DNA of 58,322 bases, the filler included, from Diploschistes diacapsis (taxonomy: Eukaryota): the NCBI GenBank assembly GCA_023645945.1. It is 4 parts of 4 records of this genome, joined end to end, with 100 filler letters (N's around TTAATTAATTAA, not from the genome) between each part and the next. Parts side by side here need not be neighbours in the genome. Positions count along the whole stretch, not along the records: positions 43,856 to 58,322 come from JALAIB010000604.1; 3 more parts are not named here. The stretch is one strand, 5' to 3'. Shown piece by piece: positions 47,975 through 58,322 of this stretch (position 1 is its first letter; every line of letters starts with the position of its first letter). The position numbers were made by a program, and so were the translations under genes. The notes under the pieces were generated by a model. That model saw only the letters and a program-made list of their open reading frames with translations, ran no database searches and was not told the DNA's origin.

Positions 47975-49761
47975 ATGCATCGCACCGCATCGCTGGCGGC
48001 TCTGGCTGCCCTCGCCCTCGCGCCGCTCAGCGCGGCGGCAGGCTTCTATACCAAGAGCTCCGGCGTCATGGAAATCATGGGCAAAGACTTCGACAAGCTG
48101 ATTCGGAACTCTGCCAATTCCTCGGTAGGTTTGAAGAACCGTAGGCAAAGCGCCCTGGGCTGACTTGCAGGCAGATAGTTGAGTAGGTCGCTTTTCCTTG
48201 CCGACGGCTTGCGCCTGTTGGAGCTGACTCCGCTTAAGGTTCTATGCCCCATGGTGCGGACACTGCCAAAACCTGAAGCCAGCCTATATCTCTGCCGCGA
48301 AGAGCTTGGAAGGGCTGGCGAACGTTGCGGCAGTGAATTGCGACGAGGAAGACAACAAAGCGTTCTGTGGAAGCATGCGGGTGCAGGGGTTTCCAACGTT
48401 GAAGACAGTCAAAGTGACAGGAACGATTGGAAAGCCAATCATACAGGATTATAGCGGACCACGGACGGCTGCAGATATAGTGGAAGCGACCAAGAACCTC
48501 ATACCCAATTACGTTGACCGCGTTGAACTCAAGGGTTTTGACGGTTGGCTCCAGAAAAAGAACGAATCTGCAAAGGCAATACTGTTCAGCAACAAGGGCG
48601 CAACTAGCGCCTTGATAAAGTCAATCGCCAACGATTACCGGGGTAACATGGCGATTGCACAGGTGCGAGACAAGGAGAAGGAGATCAATGCATTATTTGG
48701 CGTGACCACATTTCCTACTCTAGTTGTTCTTCCGGGTGGAAACGAGCCGGCTGTCACTTTCGAAGGCGAAATGAAGAAGCCTGCAATGAGTGGATTCCTG
48801 AACCAATACGCCGAGTTGAGGGTCGATTCGGACAAAAAGAGTAATGAAAACAAATCCAAATCAAAGAATACCAAATCGAGTGGAAAGGTATTTCAATCTT
48901 CCTACCGCATAAAGCCGTGATATTGACAGTAGCTAGTCATCTTCGTCCGACTCGTCCAAATTTGCAGAGGCATCCGCATCTCATGCCTCGGCCGAAGGCT
49001 CCTCCTCGGCTGCTGCTTCTGCACAGACCATTACCCTCGAAGAGCCTGGTCCCTCCGAATCGCCTGGGCCCATTGTCAACGAGGAAGCGCCGACTCCAGT
49101 CCCTGTTCCCGACGTCCCTCCACCACTGCCTTCCTTTGAAACACTCGCTGACCTACAGTCGAAATGTCTCGGTGCGGACACGCACACATGCCTGCTCGCG
49201 CTACTGCCACCAAACGCGAATCCGGGAGCAGAACCTCCACAGAAAATCACAGCGACGCTTGGAAGTCTGGCGGAACTCGCGCAGAAACACAAGCTCCGTG
49301 GAGACCACCTGTTCCCCTTCTACTCGGTCCCTGCCTCGAATATGGGGGTAGAAACACTGTCAAGTTTCTTGGACCTACCGGAAACTGACGGTCCAATTCT
49401 TGTTGCTGTGAACGGCAAGAGAAAGTGGTACAGAAAGTATGACTCGGATACGAAAGGCTTCAGTAGTTCTGCACTCGAGGACTGGGTGGACGGGATAAGA
49501 ATGGGCGAAGGCCAGAAACATAAGCTCCCAGAAGAGCTGCTTGCAATCTCAGGAGGCGAGGAGCGTTCCGCGTCAGAGCCCGGTGAGGCACAACCTCATA
49601 GCGAGAAGCCGGTAGAGACCAGTTCCACGTTAGGCAATAATGCAAAGGATCCCACCGAAACCGAGACTAAGGAAGCTAAGACAAGCACTGAAGAGGTGTC
49701 GGAGTCGACAACGACAACAGTCGAGAAAGTAACGTCGACGATTGTCCACGAAGACCTATAA
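47975..49761 (+). CDS. MPD1: ER protein disulfide isomerase, Mpd1/PrpA-like; includes an 8-nt micro-exon at 48175-48182
   Basis: Signal peptide, single active site IVEFYAPWCGHCQNLKP, VQGFPTLK, redox-inactive thioredoxin folds, and a C-terminal HEDL retention signal. Confidence 0.9.
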
Positions 49762-49996
49762 ATCACTAATTGCAAGCCTGAAAATTTACCGTTCCCATTC
49801 GTTTGATTCCACATCGAGTCGCGCTTTTTCTGCCCTCGGTTTTCCATAAGCTCCGAGATAAAAGCGCACTCCTCGGAAAGGAAATACCTTCCTATCATTA
49901 GACGGGGCCGATGAGGATCGGCCTCGAAGTTCGATCCTGCTTCCTGTAATAGAACTACCGAGTAGATCCTTGAATAGGGCATGGATGGCTGCATCC

Positions 49997-51011
49997 TCAC
50001 TCAGGCTCCTGGAATTTCCATTTCTCTTCGATGGTAAAAACGTCAAGCCCACAAGCTTCCGCTCTACCAACCACCGCCTTTGCCTTGCCAACAACGGGTG
50101 CGTCAATCATCTTCCCCTGAAAGGTGAACGCGCCTCTACCTTGCTCACTCGCTTTCTTGTCAGCTATCGTAACCCTCACGGCCCATTCGAGATCCTTTGG
50201 ATCCGGAGCAAAGACTCTCTGCACCGTTTCTACTTGGTCAGGATGTATACACTGCTTGCCATTGAAGCCTAGGTCCCTGCCGCCGATGCACTCTTGCTCG
50301 AGAGCCTGGCGGCCTTCGTCCCCTCTGAACGATGTGCAGACAAGATCGATGGTCGACGACAGAGAGTGTGCTCGAGCGGCAGTAGCGATGGCTGAGCGGG
50401 CGTAGAGGAATTCAGTGAGAGAAGGTGTGCGCCTGAGAGATAGATCGAGGGCGAAGTCTTCTGCGGCGAATATCAGGCCGTCGAGGTGAGGGACTTTGCA
50501 GATGGAGGCGAGAGACATGATTGCCTTTGCAGATTCAATCAGCGCAATGAGCTTGAATGGCTTGTTCTGTCCGTGAGCGGGTGCATCCCTTTGTCTGGCC
50601 TTGATGTGTTGTACAACGTCATTGACGAAACGCAGATCTGAAGGCGTATTGACCTTTGGCACCACAATGGCGTCGATGTTGGGTGCTTGAAGCACTGTTG
50701 TTAGGTCATCCATTGCGAGGCCTGTCTGGACCGCATTGATGCGGATTGCTTGCTCTTTGATGTTCGGTGTACGGGGTTTTTCGAGGAATTGGCGCAGATT
50801 GTTCCGTGCTTCGACTTTGCGATCTGGAGTGACGGAGTCTTCGAGATCATAGGTCACATTGTCAACAAGGAGAGAGCGGGATTTATCGAGCATCTTCTGT
50901 GAGGAGCCGGGAACTACCAGCTTCAGTGAGAACGTTCTCATCAAGAACGAGGATACGTCACAAACCATAGAGCAGTGCGCGGCGCAACGTAGAAGCCCGA
51001 GCAGCCATCAT
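49997..51011 (-). CDS. CitE/citrate lyase beta-like (CLYBL/HpcH family) protein; 1 intron
   Basis: MMAARASTLRRALLY|VPGSSQKML, YDLEDSV, IRINAV, VVPKV, ALIESA, LIFAAEDF, GFNGKQCIHPDQV, GKMIDAPV. Confidence 0.92.
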
Positions 51012-51279
51012 AAATGCGTGCGAAGAAGGCTTGAATGCGATCGCGGCATACTCTGGCAAGGGAAACAACTGAGTGCTCCTCGGTGCCTTAAAAACTCATT
51101 AATACTATGTAGTCATGTGAAGTCGTCAGCTCAACCTGGGGAGCTGGAGCTGCGACGGTGGCTTGTTTCAGTTTAGCCCGGCCGGAACTTCCTACCGACC
51201 GAAGCTCTTCCGCAGCCTCTAGAAGGCACACGTTTCTTCACTTCTGCTCATCAAATTGTGAAGGCAGTGGTTGTTAACA

Positions 51280-52044
51280 ATGAACAACCAGCAAGCTCAA
51301 CCGCTTCAGGGCGAGCTATCCTGGCGATTGAGCTCGCATCCAGTCACTCTACTCACCTTCTTGGTCTTCCGGCTATGTATGCGCACACTCACCACCACTG
51401 TCCTTGCGATCATTAGGCTAACGACCTCCACAGCCAGTCTTGCCATGTACATTCTTGGGTACTACGTTTTCCAGAGCTTGTGAGATCACCAGTTGGAGCC
51501 TACAAGATCGCACCAAGTTCTGACTTGCTCCAGCATCCTCGTCTTCATCCTCACGGCCCTGCTTCTTGCCTCAGACTTTTACTATCTCAAAAACATTGCC
51601 GGCCGAAGGTTGGTTGGCCTTCGGTGGTGGAACGAGGTGAACATACAAACTGGCGACTCAACATGGGTTTTCGAATCCGCCGAAGGCCGTGGCCAGAATG
51701 GCAACAAGACAGACAACCGCTTCTTCTGGATAGCCGTGTACGCGCAGCCAGCTTGGTGGGTTTTGATAGCGATATGGTCGGTTTTCAGCCTCAAGATCAA
51801 ATGGCTCAGCATTGTTGGTAGGTAGACTTCCCAATCTCGTGAGAGGTGCCTCGTTGCCATGGCATTCGTGCTAATACTCCGCCCAGTCATTGCTCTAGTT
51901 CTTACCATCACGAACGCTATCGCATTCTCGCGCTGTGACAAATTTAGCCAGGCCTCGAATTTGGCGTCGACCGCCTTTTATGGAACAGGTTTTGCGAGGA
52001 ATGTTGCGGGAAGCATGTTCAGTCGGGTCTTCAGCCGCTCCTGA
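51280..52044 (+). CDS. TVP23: Golgi apparatus membrane protein Tvp23; 4 exons
   Basis: [58 protein letters not shown]. Confidence 0.95.
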
Positions 52045-52590
52045 GTGCATTAACTCTGGACGTTCTACTACGACTTAGTGGCCTCAACGCGGCACTCGGG
52101 GGGCACTTGGGGCGCTGTGGCGAACATCACCAGAAAGGACAATGGAATTTTAAAGGCTTCACACTCGGTCACACAAGGATCAAAGGCACTTGAACTATCT
52201 GCCCTAACGCGGGTGCAAGTTATATCCCTTGATTCGTACACGACAGCCATAGTGGTGAGAGAGCTTCTACACAGTAGTTGGTGAGCTGGCGAGTGGGCCC
52301 TTGGAAACGTGAGTTCGACGTATGTAGTGGGGGCAAGTTCAGTGTGGTAAAAGCATGGAAATTGCGTACTGCCGCAAGAAGTTGCACAAGTGCGACGTGT
52401 GCAGGAGAGCAAAACTTTTGTCAACCCTAATGGGGGAAAGTCACCATGGCAATCCTGCGCTAAAGCATGCAATTGGCCGTGCAGCTGCAAGCTTTCGTGT
52501 TCATCAAAATTGCATAGGTTATGTATGTACAGAATAGTTATTGTATTATCCTGAGCCTCCCAGCTTCGGGGGCCTTTGCCCACGTCCGTA

Positions 52591-52631
52591 GTGTCCCAGT
52601 GTCCCAGTGTCCCAGTTGTCCCAGTGTCCCA
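52591..52631. repeat. (GTGTCCCA)n minisatellite, about 5 units
   Basis: gtgtcccagtgtcccagtgtcccagttgtcccagtgtccca. Confidence 0.85.
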
Positions 52632-52717
52632 GGGTGCGACATCGGAATAGCTGCTACCAATTTTGACATATTATATTATATGCCGTGATTGTAGGTTTAG
52701 CAAGATTTAGTACATGG

Positions 52718-52810
52718 TAGTAGCCTAGTAGCCCTAGTAGCCTATTAGCCCTAGTAGCCTAGTAGCCTATTAGCCTACTACTAGTAGCCTACTAGTAGGC
52801 TGCTAGTAGT
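52718..52810. repeat. Degenerate (TAGTAGCC)n repeat ending in a palindrome
   Basis: tagtagcc/tattagcc units followed by AGCCTACTAGTAGGCT. Confidence 0.8.
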
Positions 52811-53587
52811 GCACTCAGCGAGTTCAGTGCAGCAGCGAAAACTGCCCCATGCTAGTTAGTGAGTTAGTGGCTTTGGAGCCCCATTTCGCCAAGAGGTAAA
52901 CGCCCACTTTCGACCACCACCGCCCAAAGCAATTTTTAAGGCAGGGAGGCCCAGAGGCCAAAGGACAGCAGCGCCTGCCCTCTTGCCTGCCTAAACCTAA
53001 CTCAGGAACATGGAAACCAGTATTATTCTGCCATACAATAAAGGCGGACTGGACCTACTTGATCGTAAAAACCAGACTCAATTTCCCAACTTGTCCGTAT
53101 CGGGGTGTGCCAAGGGTTCCCCCTTTATTTACCACTACCACTGGTAGTATCTAAAACTATCTCAAACCTCTTTTTTTTTTTCCCCAATGATTTCTCACAT
53201 CCACTCCTTTACTGTGATCGCTTGATCTGTATACACTCTTTTAATCATTCTCTTCAATTCTTCAAATACCCAACTTCTTGTTGTTCTCACCTGGTTGTGC
53301 CCAGCCCGGATCCCACTGCACGTCACAGGCACCCCCCATGTCGCGTTGATCCCTCCAATTTTAGATAGACCCTCCCCCCCGACCTCCACGCATTTGGCTG
53401 CCCAACCGCAGAAAAACTCTCCTTTTACTTGACACTGAACATCGATATTACATGTCAAACCTGCATCTTTTCAAAGAAGTCGCGATTTAGACTACGGTGC
53501 TCCGCGAAGTTGCGCCGCCGAATTGGCCTGCACAGAAGTCGCCCTTCGACTGCTACCAACCGTGGCTCAACCGACTGATAAGTTACA

Positions 53588-56500
53588 ATGCCTTTCTTTT
53601 CAAAGGTTTTCAGGGGCAAGGATGCTTCGAAAAGGAACCTGTCAGACAAAAACCAGCCTCCGGTTCCTCCAAAGCCCCAATGGACAGACGCTTGGCTACG
53701 AAGTACTGTAGAGCCGGAAGAGGTGCAAGAGCTTTTGAGAGGCTGCACAGAAGAGATCAAGTCAAGAGGTATGCTCTGGACCCCCTCACTCCGATGAAGA
53801 GGAGAAGCGAACAAAACGCAGACTGCCATGGCGTAGTTGTGCTGACCAATCGTGCTACAGCACTTGATTTACCCTTTTTGTTGCTACCCTTCAGACCCGC
53901 CTCAGACCCTAGTGCTGCTCGAGCATTCATACGCAACTTCTTCGGTCCTGACTCGATATCAAGTGCACCACCGACCGGCGAGCGTCTCATGAGAGAGCTA
54001 CGATTGACCGAGCCATTGGTATTCGTTCGACGGCTGTACAAAAACCGAAGTGACTAACTTGACTAGGTGCTGTGCAGCGTTCTGAAATGGTGTTGGAGCA
54101 GACTTGTCGGCGGTGTTGTTACCTGGGAGGCCTACGAACTCTTCAAGATTGGGGAGCATGGTACGTACATCTCTAATTCTTTACCCCGTTTCATACTGAC
54201 GTGCGACTTCAGATTCCAACCGAGCGCCAGATGCCTTCGCCACCTTCATCCCGATCAGCATAGCCTCTGAGGCGAGAGCTAGGATAATCTTCAACTTTTT
54301 TGAGCTACTGGCTGCGATCGCCGCGCATGGGAAAACTAATGGTCTTGCTGGGAGAAAAGTGTCAAGATACGCCGCATGGTGGGCCTTCGACTTCGCCGAT
54401 ACTGGCAACGGGTTCGAAGGAGGCTACAAGACCTGGACACGGTACGTGGAGCCGAAAAGTAATCAACGCCGACAGTTGCTAATGCCAAGTAGAGCCGCAG
54501 ATGCCACCAGCCATCTCTTCTTCGCGTATCTACGCTCCTTATCACCCGAGTCCGCACATGGTAAAAGCAGTATCTTGAATCTGCCGTTGTCCCTACAGCA
54601 ACTGCTTGAAGCAACCGAATATCCTCCAATGCCCCAAGAAGGACTTCGCACCAGGACGACGAAGGTTGCCATGATCGTCGAGACTGTATCACCCACGCCG
54701 TTCGCCTTACTCCGTCGTGCCAAGAATTTCCATTATAGGGAAGAAGACCAGATCCTGCAACGCTTCTCCGACTACGACGACCCTGTGGATGCCTTAACGA
54801 ATGAGTGCGAGCGGGTTCTTAAGAGCGTTGCATCCGCCAACGAATCGACCAATGCAAAAAACTCCACAAGTCTACTTGACCCTTCTTGGTCCCGTTTTGA
54901 GGATATCGGGTTCAGCGGCTTCACCGAAGATTTTGCGACTGCCGACGATCCGGAGAAGTCTGCATTGGGAAAGCGGCGACAACAGAACAGGGTTCAGGGT
55001 TTGAGAGCGACGCCAGCTTCTGGAACCGCTGACCTTGGCCGTCCGACAACCCCTTCGTGGGCCGATTTCTTATCTTCGGGTTTCCAGACTGACCAAGCTG
55101 GGCGTGGGCCTGCATTTCTTCTGCCGCCGGATAAGCAACTCCCGCCCATTTCCATTAGTTCTCGAAGTGCCACGTCGCAATCGCATAAACGCAATATGGA
55201 CGATGACTCGACATTGGAGCCTGGCGAGCTCGCAAGCATAACGGTCTTTGCACTGGACGACACCTTCTGGTGGGTTTGGATGACTAGCCTCGCAGGAGAG
55301 GAAACCTCGGCGAGGAAAGCGGCTTTTGGAAGATGTGCGCTGGTCGAAACGAACTTCAGCAGACAATGGTTGGTGATGGAAGAGATCATCAAGGGAGCTG
55401 CGCCGGAGCCCGAAGCTGGAGCCTACATCGCCGAGAAAAAGAGTCGCTTCGGTTTCTCCAGGAAAACCCGTTTGACTCGTTCGAAATCTAGCGGCAAGGG
55501 TGCCTTGTCCAGGACCGATGAGCTGGGCCGCAGCAAGATCGTTCCTTCTGCAAGTAAGACCAGCATTGCTCCCGATCAACAGGCGAGGATTCAAGCGGCT
55601 GCAGCCGCTCTGCAGCAGAAAGGTCGAGGACAGCAAGAAGATGCACCTCTCAGTCCTCGTAGGGCTCGACAGAACGATGAAATGAGCATCAAGACAAACA
55701 GCGTCCTAACGCTACAACCAATGATCATGAGCGAGGCGGCACCAGCAATGAAATGGGCCAACACCTACGACAAGAATGCCACCAGAGCGAAATACCTCGG
55801 TGATGATTTTGCCGGTAGGGGATCCAACGTTTCTCTCCTCAACGGAGGCTGGGATGCGTCAAATGCCTCTCTATCGCAAGCGCCTAGCATTACTGCGCCC
55901 AAGGAAGCTTCGGCTAACAAGGAGAACGTCGCCCCAATGCCACCAAAGAAGCCGGGGAGCCCAACGCCAAGAGATGAGACAAAAGCTTATTCAAAGCCTG
56001 ATACCGCGCTCGTCGAAATGCTCAACCGAGGTCCGCCAGACGGATCTGGAGCTCAGCGAAAACAACTCCCTCCACAGCCGCATCCACCACCCAAAGAGCA
56101 TGTGCAAAACAAGCCCGCTACGATCACAGCGCCACCAGCCGTTCCCAGCAAAGACCAAGCACCTACACCTTCGAAAGAGGTACCGCCCACGGCGATACCT
56201 CTTCCAGGAGAAGCTCCGCTTCCCGCAACTCCAGTTAGAGAGGCGCCGCCTCCATCTGTCCAGCGGTACCCACGTCCGATGGAGAGGAAGCCACTCCCGA
56301 CGCAACCTACGGAGGTCCCGCCGCAGGCCGAAAAACCAGTCGATAAGCCTGAGGTCAATGGTAAAGCTGTTCAGAGTCCACCCAGCCCAGAGACTCTTAA
56401 GTACAACAAGCTCAAGAAGAAGAACGCCGCCGGAGGTTTTAAGGGTATTTTTGGCCGGAAAAAAGATCAAGGTCCCTTCGACGCCCCTCCAAGGACATCC

Positions 56501-57267
56501 TCCACCAACTCATCTGCCGTAGCTGCTGCGAAAGCTGCACTCGAGGCGAAGGCGGCCCGGAACCAGAAAGCACCAGACCAGGCCGCCACGAAGGTCGCTT
56601 CAAAGCGTTTCTCTACAATCGGTCGGAAGAAGGCATCTGACATGTCGCCCGAGCTTGATAAAGAAACCGCCCCGATGCTCGAGCACGATCTAGGCGATCA
56701 TCCGGCGCTCGCTGCTCCTGGATCTCCTGAGGAGCCATTGGCTGCTGATTCCGAAAGATCACAGAGCATGGCCGAAACAGTAGAGGAGCAACGGGCTGAG
56801 CGCGAGTTTCAAACCTTCGACCAAGGCCCTCTTGAAGACGTTCCTGTCTTCGTACGGGACGAGAGTCCCAACGAGGAACATGGAGGTCACGGAGCGGGAC
56901 AGCCGATCCATCATTTCATTGACGAGGAACCTCCAGCAGAGGATGCTCCTCGACCATCAGGAGCTGAGCCAGAGGAGGAAGAAAACGAATTGGCACGCAC
57001 AATATCTCCCAACGACCGATGGGCGCAGATTCGGAAAAATGCCGCCGAGAGAGCTGCAGCACGCCAAAGCGAGGAGCAGTCCCGACGGACCGACAGGACT
57101 GATGATGATGGTGATACTAGTGGAGAAGAGAGTAAGTCGCCTGCGGCCTTTTAGAAGAATGCGAGAGTGCTGATCATCCTTAAGCTATCGAGTCCCGCGT
57201 TGCCCGCATCAAGGCTCGCGTTGCAGAACTTACGGGCAACATGGATCTTCCGAACAACAAGCGTTGA
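53588..57267 (+). CDS. MSB1: Morphogenesis protein, Msb1/Mug8 (DUF1708) family
   Basis: WTDAWLR..VEPEEVQELLRGCT.EIKSR|ALDLPFLLLPFRP, VLKWCWSRL, AIAAHGKTNGLAGRKVSRYAAWWAF, VSPTPFALLRRA, and last exon IESRVARIKARVAELTGNM. Confidence 0.88.
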
Positions 57268-58322
57268 ACAAAACCGAGTTAGACTTTGCAGCTTCGCACC
57301 ACCAACCTTTAATCTTTCCTCTGACATATTTTGAGACGAATTTCTTTGCTTCGATACCCATCCACCAGATTCCTATCTCTTTTGCTCTGCCGTTGCTTAC
57401 TAGAAGCACTCCTTTTCACGGCCAATGCTTGATACCAATTTCTGCGCATGGTTCATTGATCAACGAGATCAGGTCGGCAAGCGTTTTAACTTCCCAGCAA
57501 TCCTTTTAATTTTTTTCTTTCCTAAATTTTTTTTGACAGCTTGCGATAGCTGTTGTCACATGATCGATGCTAATTAATACTCTAATTTACTTTTGCGGAG
57601 GCTACGGGAAGGGTGAGTTAGGGGAGTGAGATGCTCAGTCTAAGGTCCGCAATGGAAGGTAAACAAGAACCAAAGAAGACGTCAGGCAACATGGTAGACC
57701 GTGGTGAAAGACAGGTTACAGAAATTGTCACTTTTTTTTACGCCCCCCGGATAGACCAGAAACGGGCAGAAATACCAGTGCGCGCGGGGGATTTCATGCA
57801 GGGCAGAACCGAAAGCCCGCGATATACTGGATGGTGTCCGTTGTGCTGTATGTACCTACTCAGTCTAATAATAACACAATACTTGCAATGAAGTTTAGAA
57901 TCGTTGTTTATCAGCATGCCAACCGTGACTCGAGGTGCCGCGTCAGCTTGTTGAGCCAAAGGTCTCGAAAGGATGTCCACCAGCGCTGCTACAGCACCTT
58001 GTTCCTCCACCACTTCCTTGTCGTCCCAAAGCGCAGAAAGCCCACAACCACAACAAGAGCACCCTTTTAGCCGCCCCGCCCGCTGCCGACAACCTTCCCG
58101 ACCTCTTGGCCCTACACAAAAGCGCCCTCCCAAGCACGCAAACCCTTTTCCCGACCTCACCCACCACCAAATTTCCTCCTCTCCGCCCACACCCCGTGAC
58201 AACAACAACAACAACAACCACCGCATAACACCGCTCATCAATCATCTCATCCCTCCACGCTACTCTTACCGCACAAACCCCTGCCCCCCGGCCCAAAACC
58301 TCTTCACCCTCCCAGCATACTC

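Noticed and set aside
57738..58296. Several ORFs at the right end of the window
   Set aside because: Low-complexity C-rich and (ACA)n sequence with no recognisable domain.

Overview
Intron-rich, gene-dense genomic DNA from a filamentous ascomycete (Pezizomycotina-type genes, mostly ~50-nt introns with CTRAC branch points). It is not prokaryotic, so most of the ORF track is exon fragments or noise. The window is four contigs joined by 100-nt N spacers carrying a TTAATTAATTAA linker, so adjacency across 14542-14641, 29168-29267 and 43756-43855 is unproven. By manual splicing I find about 19 intact genes: EFM3-like methyltransferase, RPS24, a Zn2Cys6 TF, DMC1 (16 exons), GIS2/CNBP, a cyclophilin-RRM, a DUF2306-like protein, dynactin p150, TSC13, an S53 peptidase, a metallo-beta-lactamase-fold protein, a secreted tyrosinase, a DCAF8/Iqw1-like WD40, VTA1, a Ser/Thr-rich membrane protein, an MPD1-like PDI, a CitE-like lyase, TVP23 and an MSB1-like protein. 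There is also a candidate small gene, a GH3 pseudogene and a cluster of DNA-transposon relics. Best leads: a splice-controlled CaaX switch on the WD40 gene; a three-copy TA-flanked MITE family that sits next to hAT-like ends at two gaps; an MCCC/PPxY microprotein; and a UGA-CUAG readthrough context plus a GC-AG intron and 9-nt micro-exon in DMC1. No rRNA, tRNA or CRISPR array was found. All coordinates were read by eye.
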